From: the human T2T-CHM13v2.0 reference genome, Homo sapiens
Assembly (NCBI RefSeq): GCF_009914755.1
Contig: NC_060928.1
Direction: 5' to 3' (one strand)
Length of the DNA: 64,000 bases
Positions 11,481 to 29,900 of this stretch are shown piece by piece (positions within the stretch are counted from its first letter, which is position 1; each line of letters begins with the position of its first letter). The notes beneath the pieces are model-generated. The model was not told where the DNA came from. It saw only the letters and a list, made by a program, of their open reading frames with translations, and searched no databases. The translations under genes and the position numbers were made by a program.

Positions 11481-11494
11481 AATGAAATTGCCAC

Positions 11495-12030
11495 GTGTTT
11501 AGGTAAGGGTAAATACTCCAGTTAGTGTCCTATATATAGTGACATAAAACAACCATTTCATTATGTTTTCAGGAAATAGATAGGTCGTGAAATCAGAAAG
11601 GGCACAGCAGGGATAGCTTGTTTCTGCTCAGAAATGTCTAGCACCTCAGCAGGGAAGACTTGAACTTGGAGGACTTCAGGGAGCCTGTTCACATATTTGT
11701 CTGGCACATTGGCTGCGATGAATGTAAGGGTGAGCTCAGCTTCATCAGCTAAGCAGAGCACCTACCTATGGCTTCTCCATGTGGCTTAGGGTAGGCGTCT
11801 CAGCATGTGTCTGAGTTCCAAGAGGGAAATTTCTGAGGGGGAACTTCCAGGAGCAAGCATTTAAAGAGAGGAAGAAGCAATGGCCTTTTCTGACAAAGCT
11901 GCAGAAGTCAAGTAGCATCATCTCCTCTACATCCTGTTGGTTACAAACAAATGTTAAGGCGTCCCCAGATTCAAGGAGAAGAGAATTCGATTTCCTTTCT
12001 TAGTGGAAGAGTGGTATGGTCACATTATAG
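11495..12030 (-). mobile_element. MaLR MLT1 LTR
   Basis: AAACAACCATTT...GGGCACAGCAGGGATAGCTTG...GGCTTCTCCATGTGGCTT...CCAGATTCAAGGAG MLT1 motifs. Confidence 0.7.
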
Positions 12031-13502
12031 CAAAGAATTTGAATGCATATTGTTTCAGTCATCTGTACAAAATACAATCTTCAGTAAAAAAAAAAAATAT
12101 GTTTTGTTTGGGATGTGCCTTGTTTTTATCAGTTCTGGGGTAATTCTCAGTTATTATATTTTTAAATATAGCCTATTCATTTTCCCTTTTTCTTCTTTTG
12201 AAGTCTAATAAGGGAAATTTGGGACCCTTTCAATTTATCATCCACTGTTGTTTTTTCACTTCTTATTTCTGCTTTTTGTAAAAAGAATGCTGCAAACTTG
12301 AGTTATTTCTTCATCTGCATCCAGTATCATTAATTCTCTCATTATCCATATTTACTTGACTGTTTAACTTCACACTGGATTCTTATCATTAATGATTATG
12401 TTTGTAAAGTCTAGAAATTGCACTTAATTCTGTATCAAATATACTTAAACTTGTTTGATAATATCTTGTTCTTAAATGATGGAGATAAATTAACCTTTAA
12501 TTTCATTTAGACATTCATGTATGCTTATTTGTATTCTATATGTGAATAGTAAAAGCCCAAATTATTTGAGCAGATTAATTCCGCTGTGAATTGTTTCTAC
12601 TGATTCTCACTCATGGTTGCTTCCCTGTGTGTTTGATAATTTAGGATTATGAGCCTTGTTGGCAAGATGTTATCTGTAGAAATCCTGTGAAGCCTGCTCT
12701 TCAGACAAAAGCTGCATTTTCGGATGAATTGAGATGCCAATATGTTACTGAAATTTAAAGTAATTGCTTAGTTTGGGCCTTCCCATAATATATTCTTACT
12801 TTAAACTCAAATTCTAAAGCTGCATAAAGTTAGGGCAAAGTTTTCAAGTTTTCATGACGGATATTTTTCCCACCCAGAAGAGTTCTAGCAATACCCCTTG
12901 GACATATTTTTCCTGGTACCCTTGTGGCTAACATCTTTGTTTTGTGTAGGTCTCAGTTTTAACCTCACATTTTTGTAGACTCAAGGTATTGTCTCCAGTT
13001 CTTGGAAAAGTAGTTAAACTGCAAGACTTTTGGTTCCGAGATCAGAAAATACTCCCAAGACATCTGTAGTTCAGTTGCACTTTATCACTCTGTCTTCCAG
13101 TATCCTCTCCATTTTGGGGCTCAGAGGATTTTTTTTTTTTTTTAACCAACTTATGAGTACAGCTGTGCTTTTTAAAAAAAGCTTTGTTATTTTCAATCCA
13201 GGGTTTTTGGCATTTTGAATCAGAACAATTTTCATGGTGTCAAATTTGCTTAATATCAGAAGTGGAAATTCTTCTGAGACATGTTTTTCCCGATGCTTTT
13301 AAAATATACACTTTATTTACTTTATGTATATGGGATCAAGGCTGCATGATTTTACAAAAACTATTCAAGCAACAGTATAAAAATATTTTCTTTGAAAATT
13401 GATTATATGATCTTTAATCATTAATTTAGGCATTTTTTGATAAAAATATTAAAAAATCAGGTTTTTAATTTCTCTGAGGACTATTTGAATATACTCCAAT
13501 GA

Positions 13503-13830
<328 letters not shown>

Positions 13831-13933
13831 AGGGTATTTATTAAGAAAAGTGGAATTCGATTATAATAATCCTCAAGGCTCTTATGTAGCTGTTTGAAAA
13901 TACTAGTGGAGGTGATACTGCTTTGTTACAATG

Positions 13934-15015
13934 TATTGGGGGAACCCGCCCCCAATATTTCAACAGTAGGTTCTTTTTATTTTCCCTAAGTGTGGGCCTG
14001 TCTGAGAAATAAAGAGAAAGAGTACAAAGAGAGGAATTTTGCAGCTGGGCTGCCGGAGGTGACATCACATATTAGTGGGTCCGTGATACCCACCTGAGCT
14101 GCAAAACCAGCAAGTTTTTATTAAGGATTTTGAAAGGGGAGGGGATGTACGAACAGGGAGTAGGTCACAAAGATCACGTGCTTCTGAGGCCAATAAAGAT
14201 CACAAGGCAAAGGGCAAAATTAGAATTACCCATGAGGGTGTATGTTCAGCTGTGTACGTATTGTCTTCATAAATATCTTAAACAACAGAAAACAGGATTA
14301 GAGAGCAGAGAACTGGTCTGACCTCAAATTCACCAGGGTGGGGTTTTTCCCCACCCTAGTGAGCCTGAGGGTACTGCAGGAGACCAGGGCGTATTTCAGT
14401 CCTTATCTCAGCCACGTAAGACAGACACTCCCAGAGAGGCTGTTTATAGACCTCCCCACAGGAATGCAATTCTTCTCCCAGAATATTAATTATCAATATT
14501 CCTTGCTAGGAAAAGAATTTAGTGATATCTCTCCTACTTGCATGTCTGTTTGTAGGATCTCTGCAGAAGAAAAATGTGGTTCTTTTTGCCCGACCCCACA
14601 GGAAGTCAGACCTTATGGTTGTCTTCCCTTGTTCCCTAAAGTCGCTGTTATTCTGTTCGTTTTCAAGATGCACTGATTTCATATTGTTCAAACACACGTT
14701 TTACAATCAGTTTGTACAATAGTGGTCCTGAGGTGATGTACATTCTCAGCTTACTAAGATAACAGGATTAAGAGATTAAGGTAAAGACAGGCATAAGAAA
14801 TTTTATAAGAGTATTACTTGTAAACTGATAAATGTCCATGAAATCTTCACAATTTATGTTCAGAGATTGCAGTAAAGACAGGCATAAGAAATTATAAAAG
14901 TATTAATTTTGGGAACTGATATGTGTCCATATTAAAATGAAATCTTCACAATTTATGTTCCTCTGCCACAGCTCCAGACAGTCCCTGCATTTGGGGTCCC
15001 TGACTTCCTGTAACA
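13934..15015 (-). mobile_element. MER11 solo LTR (HERV-K HML-8)
   Basis: Minus strand TGTTACAGGAAGTCAGGGACCCC...GGTTCCCCCAATA, ~1.08 kb, 6-bp TSD ACAATG, internal ~95-bp duplication at 14780-14960. Confidence 0.92.
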
Positions 15016-15574
15016 ACAATGTATGCTGGGCTAACCACGATAGCTTTCAGCAAGGCTTATATGTTATTTCCAGTGATGATAGCTTGTATTGCAATACCCT
15101 AGCCTTGACCTTGTCATAAAAGATTTATAAATATTGCCTTGTGAGCAGTCTGAAGATTTGGGTTTCTGAGAACCAGATAGGGCATTTTTGATGGTGAAGA
15201 CTGCTTCAGGAAATAATTCTCCCTCCCTCTTTAACAAACCCACTGACCTTTCAAACCTAGGTCAGTACTAATCCTTTTGGTCTGACATTTCTTAGCAGGG
15301 ATTCACTAAAATTTCTTCTTTCTGGAAAATTTTAGCTGATGAAATTAGCAGAAATGCTAAACTTGAATTTTGTATGTGAATGCAGAAGCCATAGAGATAT
15401 AAATACTTAAAATAAATTTAACATTTTGTTTCTCACATACGTGGGAATGTCCTATTAGGACAAACCTGTCTTTTCACATGTGCTGCTGGAATGCAGAATT
15501 AGGAAAAATAAGTAAAACTTATGGAGTCTACTTTTCAACAGAAGGATAATATTTGCATTAATTAAGACTGTTTG

Positions 15575-15870
15575 GGCCAGGTGTGGTGGCTCACATCTGT
15601 AATCCCAGCACTTTGGGAGGCTGAGGCGGGTGGATTGCCTGAGGTCAGGAGTTCCACACCAGCCTGGCTAACATGGTGAAACCCCGTCTCTACTAAAAAT
15701 ATGAAAATTAGCCAGGCCTTGTGGCAGGCACCTGTAATCCCAGCTATTCAGGAGATGAGGCAGGAGAATCACTTGAACCTGGGAGGTGGAGGTTGCAGTG
15801 AGCCAAGATCGTGCCACTGCACTCCCGCCCGGGCGACAGAGCAAGACTCTGTCTCAAAAAAAAAAAAAAA
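15575..15870 (+). mobile_element. Alu (AluS)
   Basis: Full dimer with polyA; TSD AAGACTG. Confidence 0.95.
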
Positions 15871-16129
15871 GACTGCTCAAGTACGAAGTGAACATTCATG
15901 TTAAGAAAATAAAATCCCTGGCATTCCATATTCTGAACACATTTTATAATGGCGGTTCTTTCAGACTTGCAGATGGGATCTTTGCATTTAGCCAGGGATA
16001 GACTTAAAAGACAGTTCCATTCTAAGAGTCAGGGCATAACATAATATGTGGTGAATCAGTTCTATTTTGTTGTGTAACAAACACCATAATACTTACTAAC
16101 TTATAACAATACTCATCTATTATTTCACA

Positions 16130-18300
<2,171 letters not shown>

Positions 18301-18364
18301 TGATTGTCTATTTTTCATTATATTTTGATCAGTTTTTATAAATATAGTTTGAAGCTATGTTGTT

Positions 18365-19245
<881 letters not shown>

Positions 19246-20532
19246 ACTGCTTACTTATTTGGAATTTTTTATGTCTTCATGGTAGAGTGACATTTCTATG
19301 ATTATTAAATGAACCTTATTGTAACTAATAATTTTGCTATGCAATAATATTTTATACGAATATAATATATAATAACATATTATAATATATACTTAATATA
19401 TACTAGTAAATATGCACCAAGATGTTTTAGTTTGTTTGGTTAGGGTTGAAATAATATATATTTTTGAAAATTTTACTTTCAAATATTTTTTGCATATATT
19501 TAGTTATGTCTGCTACATGTATATAGTTGGATTATATTATTTTATCCAGTCTGCCACACTTTATCATTTAAATATTCTATTTACATTGTTTTCATTAAAT
19601 TTAATTATTGATATATATGTGTGTGTGTGTGTGCGTGTATGTATTTAAATGCACTATATTCTTGTTTTTCTATTTTTCTTCTATTTCATATAAATTTTTC
19701 TCTATTACTTTTTTTGGATTAATCCAGTATTTTTTTATTAACTTATTTTTCTTCTCAGAAGCTCATTATTATGCATTACTTCACTATTTTCCAGGGGGAT
19801 AATCTGTAATTTTTAAAACATGCATCTTCTTAAAATTTAATATATATACTAAAAGATCCTTTGTTTGTCTGAAAATCTATTTATTTTGCTTTTTTGTGTC
19901 TTTAATAATTTATTTCTTAAAATATAAGCCAACACAAATTTGACAAGACATTACAATTATTTTAAACTCACTTTTCATTGTTTCTATAACTCTTTGTGCA
20001 TTGGATTTATTCTCAGTAAACTGGAGAAAAAGAAAATTAACATTTATTGAGTTCTTATTCCGTGCCAATCATGATGCTAAAAACCTTTGTTTACAATTTT
20101 ATATATTCTTCCCAAATACACTAGAAAGTAGCCATCATTTAGGGCCATTATATTTACAAATAAATTGGATTTCTCAAATATTAAATTTCTAAAAGATTAA
20201 AATATCCAGAAAATTTGGATTCCAAAAGTGCAGAAGCATTTTGCTGAACCATGAATTTTTTAAATGTGTCTCTGAAGCGAAGCATGATGAACCCAAAGCT
20301 CTTATTTTAGTTTACTTTGTTTCCATAGGTCCCTTCAGCATTAATACAGCAAGAAAATATCTGATGTTTTCAATTGCTGTGGTTCCTTAATATAAGATTA
20401 CCATGGAATTATAAAGAATGTTTGCTAATAAAAATTCTATCACACATTTGACAAATGATATGAATGCTATGACCCAAAGAATGGGAAAAATTTTTGAAGC
20501 ATCTTCTGAAGTTATTTGCCACTTTCTTTTGC

Positions 20533-21853
20533 TTTTTTTTTTTTTTAACCTTTTATTTTAGGTTCAGGGGTATATGTGCAGGTTTGCTATATAGTTAAAT
20601 TGTGTGTTATGGGGGTTTGGTATACAGATTATTTTGTCACCCAGGAAATAAGCATAGTACCAAATAGGTAGTTTTTTGATCCTCTCCCTCCTCCTACCTT
20701 CTACCCTCAACGCTGGTCCTGGTGACTTTTGTTGCCTTCTTTGTTTCTATGTATACTCAATGTTTAGCTCTCACTTATGAATGAGAACATGCAGTATTTG
20801 GTTTTCTGTTCTTGTATTAGTTCTCTTAGGATTATGGTCTCCAGCTCCATGCATGTTGTTGCAAATGATATGCTCTCATTCTTGTTATGACTGCATAGCA
20901 TTCCATGGTATAAATGTACTGTATTTTCTTTATCCAGTCTACTGTTGATGGGCATTTAGGTTAATTTCATGAATTTGCTGTTGTGAATAGTGTTGTGATG
21001 AACATATGTGTGTATGTGTCTTTATGGTAAGATAATTTATATTCCTTTGGGTATATAGCTAATAATGGTATTGCTGGTTGTAATGATAATTCTGATTTAA
21101 GTTCTTTGAGAAATCACCACACTGCTTTCCAAGATGGCTGAACTAATTTACCTCCCCACGAGCAGTGTATAAGCATTCCCTTTTCTCTGCAACCTCGCCA
21201 GCATATGCTGTTTTTTGACTTTTGAATAATAATCATCCTGACTGGTGTGAGACGATATCTCATTAGGGTATTGATTTGCATTTCTCTAGTTATTAGTGAC
21301 ATTGAGCATTTTTTTTTCATATGCTTGTTGGCCACATATATGTCTTCTTTTGAAAAGTGTGTCTTCATGTCCTTTGCTCATTTTTTAGCGAGGTTGTTTG
21401 TTCTTGCTGTTTGTTTCAGTTCTTTATAGAGTTGCATATTAGACCTTTGTCAAATGTATAGTTTGCAAATATTTTCTCCCATTCTGTAGGTTGTCCATGT
21501 ACTCTGTTGATAGTTTATCTTGCTGTGCAGAAACGCTTTAGTGTAACAAGGTCCCATTTGCCAATTTTTGTTTTTGTTGCAATTGCTTTTGGTGTCTTCA
21601 TCATGAAATTTTGCCAGGGCCTATGTCCAGAATGGTATTTCCTAGGTACGCTTCCATAGTTTCTATAATTTTAGGTCTTACATTTTAGTCTTTAATCCAT
21701 TTTGAGCTCATTTTTGTATATGGTATAAAGAAGGGATTTAGCTTCAATCTTCTGTATATGGCTATCCAGCTATCCCAGCACCATTCATGAATAGGGGAGT
21801 CCTTTCTCTATTGATATTTTTTGTTGACTTTGTCAAAGATCGTATGGTTCTAT
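20533..21853 (-). mobile_element. 5'-truncated L1 (L1PA15/16- or L1PB-like)
   Basis: polyT tail, 3' UTR and ORF2 C-terminal fragments ([16 protein letters not shown]...CWRGC). Confidence 0.9.
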
Positions 21854-24800
21854 GCACTTCCACATAGAAGTGGAATCTAATTAGCAGAATTTTTATAATA
21901 CTATTTTATAAATAGTATTTTTATAATACTATTTATAAAACAGTATTATTGAAATTTATATGAATACATTTATGTAAATATAAATGTAACTATAACTTTA
22001 TAGAAATATAACTATGTGGGACTATAACTCTAAAGAATTATCACAACTTTACTTCAATAATTCAAAGAACATAAATTCTCCAGAAATTAAATAGAAACTT
22101 TGAAAGAATCTTTCAGGTTTTTTATTTGTGACCAAATTGAAGCACCCCTATAATCTAATGTATTGCTTTCTAATTGCCAGTCTAATACTTGCTTTAAGAA
22201 GACATGGTTGTGAATCTCTTTTGGAGGTACAATAAAACATGTTACAAGGGAAAGAAAATCTAGTACAAACCCCAAATTATATTTGGCACACACCACAGCC
22301 AAATCCACAAATAGAGCTTTTTGGAAGATCAAAGGTAACAATTGGTGTATATTTTATTTCCTGGGTCATATACAAAGATTTTGCAGTTAATTTGAGGTTG
22401 TGTATACTGATTTCAAAAGGGGAGAATCAGAGCTTAGTTATTTTCTTTTTCAGAGTTTGGCTTTCTTATGTATTGTTTCATAGGGGAGGGGGAATCTCTT
22501 TTTTAAATGATGTTATAATTTATGCTCATTTCCACTGTAGACTTAAAAATAATATTTTTCGTGACTAAGGTCAGACAAACTGAGCTCTGTGATTTATTTT
22601 AGTATAATAGTTTATCTGGTGAATATTCTAATGTTTTTAAAGGGTAATTTACCTGTCAATCCAGTACCACGCTGGCATACAAATTAGTGCCTATAAAGAA
22701 AATATTGAAGTGTAGGAACAGCAGGAGAATTGAAGAAAAGTAGGCAGTTTCCAGAAATGGTACCAATGCATTTTCTCATTAAGTGGAAACATTTATTCAG
22801 TCAAAAGATGCTATTACACATAAATATTCCTGTGTTCTTAAAATATTTAATAAAATATTTATAGCCCATGGATGTTGATTTAAAATATATGATACACACT
22901 GATACCCGGGTGATTAAATTTAAAACAATAATCTTTTATTTCACAAGCCTAACAGAATTTTACAACTCTTAATAATTTATCTGCCCTGTTAATTTGGCCG
23001 AGTTATTCGCTCCAAAATATAAGCACCAATGTAGTTGTATCCATTCAATACTTTATTTTTTTCAGATCTTTAACAAAGTGCTACTCTTTCATACACTGAT
23101 ACTCTAAGTCAATCCCAACTTTATTGTGAAACCAGGTAAGTATTGCTCAGCTTTCCCAAAGGTAGGAAATCAGGTTAATTAGAAGACAATCAGGTTCAGG
23201 TTCTGTCTAGTAATGAAAAGTACTGTGTTTTCATTCAAAAATAATTATGCATAACTTTAAAAACATCTGGTCAAGTTTAAGTAAGATTAGATTAACCGAA
23301 GGAAATATTTTAATTTGAGTAAGTTTGCTTATTTTTCTTCCTATTGTCAAGAATTCAAATACAGCAATAATATTTTAAATTCAAAGAAAGACATTTGTAG
23401 GAAGGAAGAATTAATTCATGATGTTTAATGCCATCAACAGATGGTGGAGGTCTTAGCTATACATATCACACATACTAAGTAATTAAAAAGTAAATAAAAG
23501 ACTAACATCTAAATTTCAAACAGCAAAAATATCAAAGCAGTGTCTATTTTTATCTAGCCAGACCATATTGCACTTATGGTATATACAATTATTCCTTTGT
23601 ATTTTAATATACAGTACTAATCATTGAAGATAACTCTTCTTCACGGTATAGTCAGCATAAACTTTCCCAGTAGCTGTCATTTGACATGTTAGTTTGGGCA
23701 ACTCCATCTGTGTTTTCATAGGTAAGCACATAAAGAACGCATTACAACCTAATGCCTCTAAAGGGGCCTCCTTTCCCCTGTTGTGTAGTCACTAGCAGTT
23801 TGGAAGGTCCAGCAGACGCTCATCCTGTGTGCCTACTAAGCATTTGAGGAATTTACTTGCAGTTGAAACAATTATACAGTACCATGGAGGGATGTGACAG
23901 TAGAGATAATCAGTCCCTTAAGGCTATAATGCATGGTTACAAGTCAGGGTGCCAGACAAGAACACTAGGGCTAACACACAGGGCATCTGCCATTGCAAAC
24001 ACATAAAAGGATGTAGAAATGTATCAACATGATCTAGTAAATGGACGGAACAGCTGTTTCATTAAGTTTAAAACTAATTGCTTTAGCCCTTGTCACACTA
24101 ATGGCAATACTGTTCCTGTTACTGCTGATTCAGAAACAATGCTGCTCTGTCCATTGTGGCAGTATTCAATCTAAAATGAAACACTATCAGTATGCTTTTA
24201 TAAGATGGGTATGCGAAGTGTAGCCAGTTAGAAAACACATGGGACTCTTTCCCTCCATTTTACAACATAGTTGAAGCACTAATAAGCTTGAAAGTCAATG
24301 AAATACGTGCAACATATATGAGTCAAGAAGGTAGCAAATACTTCAAAGGAAATGACGCTCAACATACAGCATTCTTTTAGAAAAATATGACTTTTTAATT
24401 TTTTGTTTGCTAAGGGGTACAGCTTTCTGTCTATGGTTCATTTTATTCACTCATAACAGGCAATTAACAAATGTATTGACTTAGGAAACTAGTAAATAAA
24501 TTTCTGATTTAATAACAGTTAACTTTCTATCAAAATGATTTTAATTCTTCCACATTTTCATTCATTTACTTATTAATTGAATCGAGCATGTATACATTCA
24601 ACATACACTTATTATGTATTACCTGCTAGGCAATATGTTAACAACTATGTTACAGCTACCATTGTTTCTGTCCTCATAGGGTTTTGTAAATAATTGAAAA
24701 CTATTGTTAAGTACTTTTCGCAAAACATGTGTCAGAGACTGAAGCAAAGATTTCTTTTGCAGGTGTGTATAGATATACAGAAAACCATTTTTTTTTTTGC

Positions 24801-26559
24801 TATGAAAATAAGAGTTAATAAACCATTGGCTACCAGAAGTATTTAACACAAAAGATGAATTTTTGTCTATTGATGCTGCCAGGAATACTGCCACCTGAGA
24901 TGGGAATTGGGTGGGAAGATAACATTTAAGATAGGATCATCAAATTCCTCCCTTACCCATTCCCATGGAGATAGTTTTATAAATTTATTCAGGGAGGTAT
25001 AGTTGAATTCATATTATTGGTATACTTTTCACATTAATAACATTTTGAGAGTTGACACTAGTATGTAATAATCATTTCTGTAATTTTAAGTTTCCTAAGT
25101 TCTAAATAATTGATTCACATAAGGGCTTTTGAACATATTCTCCTCTATACGTTAAATATTATGTGCTTTTTAAATTGATGTTGGATAACTAATTTTTAAA
25201 AAATTAAGTTATATAGAAGGAAATACAACTCTTCTCTTCATAGAAGTCACTACCCATCCTATATCTTATCAAAGATATTTTTACTATATTTTCATAATAA
25301 AACAGGCAATAACTTTTATAGAAAGCTAATAAAATGATCAAAAAACTATAATATGTTAAATTGAAAATGCCATGGTTCTGTAATAGAAGGGATATCAATA
25401 TCCATATACATGTATTATATATTGTTTATATCTACTGCATATTCAATAGTCATAAGATGATATTTTCTAAAATAAGACTTTTAAAAATTATATATTTATT
25501 CTGACTGAATAAGGCATGATTAGGAATAGTAGTATATGTCTTTCATTGTCTGTGACTTGGTTACAGTATAATTAGAGGATTTTTGGCAGAGATTTATTTC
25601 ATAAAACATTGTTTTTAATCATTAATTTAAAAATATTTTTTGAGTATATTTGTTGTGAAATGTGTAGTACTAAATACCTTGAGGACAGTATGAAAGGGGT
25701 TTAATCAGAGGAAATCATAATTTTAATGTAATGAAGAGAAAAGATAAAAGTGATAAGTTTTTGTCTTATCAAATTCTAGCTATCAAATTGTCATCTCAGT
25801 TCTCTTGATTTTAAGTCTTAAAACGAGATTTAGTTTTGAAGGATTCTCAATTAGCAATAATTATTTAGAAAGAAGATTTCAATACCATGCTTCTCAAATT
25901 AAGAGTGTGAGAATTTTATACAATTTAATGGCCAAAAAGTTCTATCTTGATAAACTGACTCATGATAGCTTATCTCTCTGAGACTTCTCCCTTGCACCTC
26001 AAGCATATGGAAATCCTGGTCCCAAATTCCAACGAATAATAACTTGTACTTGTCCACCATTCAACACAGTTGAGAAGAGTTTATCTTAAAACTATGCTAG
26101 TTCTGGCCCACCCTTTCTGAGACTGGGAAAGAAATGTTATGAACACTGGATCTGCATTATCATCTCCAGTTTGTCTCTTCTAAGTCCTTGGTTCCAGTGC
26201 CTGAAACTTCTCACTTAGGCAATTACGTCTGCTTGTCCTTTGGTTATTTCACTCATAATTAGTTAATATAATTTGTTAATGAGACATGAATGGGTTTTAT
26301 TTTTGTCCAAACCTTTGTCCAACTTCTGTATATTGCTTATTTTCAGGTGGGTCTTGCTTGCTTTAAGAGTGCATTGTGGTGGATAAATTCTGGTAACAGC
26401 TTATAAAACTGCATGAAAGGTTTAGATAATGCATTACTAGAGTTCAAAAGAGGGAGAATTTCCTTCTAGCTGATAGCTTCATGGAGGAGTTGAAATTTGG
26501 GTTGCACCCTGAGATAGGGATTGAATCTGTGTAATTGGAGCTCTGTTTCTCCTTGTATA

Positions 26560-26955
26560 TAGATAATATGTGTGTATACATATGTCTCACATATATATAG
26601 TGACATGTCTCATTATATATTATGTATTATATATACATACTTACATGTTATGTATACACAAATATGTATACATTGATAAAATATCATCTTATGACTATTG
26701 AATATGCAATAGATATAAGCATGTATACATTTTTATAAATATGTATATACATATTATATAACATATATACATTATGTACATATAATGTAGAAACATAACC
26801 CCAATTATATCCAATTATCTCCAATTCTCTCTCCATATGTGTGTATGTGTGTGTGTGTATATATATGTGTATATATATATGTGTATATATATGTGTGTAT
26901 ATATATGTGTGTATATATATATATAGAGAGAGAGTAGACATATATCTCTATATGT
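26560..26955. repeat. TA/TG-rich low complexity and compound (TG/TA/GA)n microsatellite
   Basis: Direct reading; core at 26835-26934. Confidence 0.9.
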
Positions 26956-29900
26956 ATCACATCTCAAGTCACACAAGATTGAATAGTGTTTTAAATGGTA
27001 GCGCTGTGGAGCAGTGATGAAAATGTTCATGATAATAAATGGATACAAATTACTTAGGTTTGCTCCACACACTTGAACATATACATGGAGCATCAAGTTT
27101 TATTTTCCAAGCAACAAATGAGTAGATATTCATCAGTCTTATATGCGGGAAATATGCTTCTTTTGAGGCTCCTTTTCCCCTGTTTGCCCAAACCCACTGG
27201 GCTCAAGTATACGAAGCAGTGAAAGCTAATCCACTCACTTGGTCTTAAAATTCATTATACACAAGGTTTATTTGGAATTCTTGTTAAAAATTCCCTGGAT
27301 GTTCCCCCAGAAATCTGGTTCAAGTGGCAATTCTGATACAGATGGTTCATAGGTCAACACTCCTGCATATGCTGGACTCTTTGGTCTCTTATCATCTGTG
27401 TTGAAGCTCAGGCACACTACCCACAAAGAGTTTTTCACCCTGCATTAATACCTTTTCCTTTCCAAATTCAGGCATGGCCATTGCAGGGTGTGAAGGCTTT
27501 CTCCGAGTGGAAAGCATTCTTAACATACCTACATGCTCATCATACATTTTCAGTATGGCCGCAACTATTCCTCAAAGCATCACATTGCTGGGGTGTAAGG
27601 GGCATCCAACTCACACCCTTTTTATAGAATTGGGCCCTGAGATACCTCTCTGAGCTGCTGCTGCCTGACATCTAGAAACTTCTCACCTCATGGTGAATCA
27701 CTTTTAGGGGGAAATTTCTCACGAATGTTGTTTGTTCGCCATCTTACCCAGTGACCTACTCTGTATTTTAAAGTAGTGAAAAGGAATTGGGCAAATAACT
27801 GAAAAGAACAATTAAATATTGATACTACTGTGAACACCCTTAACCACAAACATAAGTGGGCCTTACAACCTTACTTCAGGACAATTTGTGTTTACTGTGC
27901 TGTATTAGCCTAATTAACATGATCATTCAAGTGATTATAGGACCAAGAAGATCAGCTCTTGATTTTTTTTGCAACTGGTACCACATATTATTTGTGAGTG
28001 TGTGTCTGTGGGTAAATATTAGTGATTATTTTCTCATTAGACTTGTTTTATTCAAGAAAGAAGCCAACAATAGTACATAAATAAATAAGGGACCCATGTT
28101 ACCTTATTCTCATCACAACATTTATTTTTCACAGACAGAATTTTGTGATAAGTATTTGTGATGATTTGGGGAAACTATAAGCATTGAAATATAATTCCTA
28201 GACTTAAGTTTTTATTATGTTTCTGATTATTAGTGGCCTTTTTATAGCTAGGAATTATGATAGAACAGGGAGATAGAGCCTGGTCCTACCAATTCTTGAC
28301 AGCATATATCAAGAGAAAGCTGGGATCCATATGGGAGAACAGATGATTTTCTTAAAACCGCCATGTAGAGCTGCGCCCGAAAATAAATTTTATATTACGT
28401 AGGTGTAGTTTTACAACCATAATGCTTAGCTCATGAGGAATAAAAAGAAAACAGTTTATTCTGGAAATAATGTGGCTACTGTATTGTAGTTTAGCTTTGT
28501 AGCATGTAGTTTAGATAAAAATTTTTATGTGAAATTTCCAAAATATTTTGGGAGTATTGTAGTCCTCAATGGAAAATTTAGGAGGTTATGAAGATGATTT
28601 TATATAAATTTGTGGTTCACTTTTGGTGAACCATATCAATATGGTTCCTTATATCACTTGTTTTTTAGTAAGTCAATGAGGGACTGTTTCTAGAAAAGCT
28701 TTTAAGGTAACTTAATGACAGTTTCATGATTTTCAATGAATAAAACACCAAGTTTGGCTTTCACATGGTACATATAATGTGTTCATTTGTGAGTATATCC
28801 CATGGCTATCTTTGACTGAAAGGTAAGTTATTTAAGAGTTCAGAGCTGCCTTCCAAGAAAAAGACCATCTAAAGCCCTAGTGCATTGCTTCTATTTTCTA
28901 AAGCAAACACTTTTATTAATGTGTAAAACAGTTTCTTAGGATTTATATAAAACTTATTAAAAATATATGGCTTTGGAGCAGTGAATCAGAGTCTTCTCTT
29001 TTGTCCTTGAAGAGTTTTTCCACCTTAATATAGTAGTTGTGATCTTAAAAAAATGTGGTTAAAAAAAGTCTTTTTCTCACTGCAAGTCATATGTTTCATT
29101 ATTTCAACTTTTCATGCCTTTATCACTTTGTCGAATTGAAATCTTTGTGGACCATGAGATTTTTCACATTTCTGAAGAATTATTATGACTCAAAAAAAAA
29201 AAAAAGCAAGAGAAATTCAAATCTCAAAACTTATTTTGGAAGTTTACAAAATGAAAAAGTGAATAAATTTTAAGGAGCAAATGTTTTCATTTTTCTTGAA
29301 AGTTAAATACTAAACCAAATAACTTTTATGAAATATTTTACCATTTTCATTTATTATAAACATACTTTTAAATAATTCATTTCCAGATGGGGAAAACACA
29401 TTGTCATAAATATTACTTATTCAAAATAAAATAATTGCTAAGAAAAATATTTGCATGAGTCTATTATATGATCCAGTAGCCACAGAACTCTGAAGTACTT
29501 CTGAGAGATACGTCAACATGGGATAGGGTTGCTAATAGAGTTTATTCAGTTTCTCACTGAAATATGTAGAATAAAAATTAATAAAAATATAATCTTGTAA
29601 TTTATAACAAGGAAACTAATAATAAATCTGTTTCTAACATAGGAGGGGAATGGCCATATAATACAAAGCCTATTGTGCTACAGTGAGAACATTGTTTAGT
29701 GGTTTAGGCTTATCATGCTGTGTTTGAAACAGAACAAAACCTTCTAACCTTAGGAAAATTGAAAGATTCTTAGAAACTTACTCATTGTCTCAGACATCAG
29801 GGTTTTGGTCAATTAAAATTTCTAGCTATCATCTCTTATCGAAGATATTACCTCTTGAAATTGACAGATGATTCTTTGGCGATTTGAAGTAATTATCTTT

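Noticed and set aside
14780-14960. ~95-bp tandem duplication
   Set aside because: Appears to be an intrinsic feature of MER11 LTRs
28613-28633. Small hairpin TGGTTCAC/GTGAACCA
   Set aside because: An 8-bp stem is expected by chance in 64 kb
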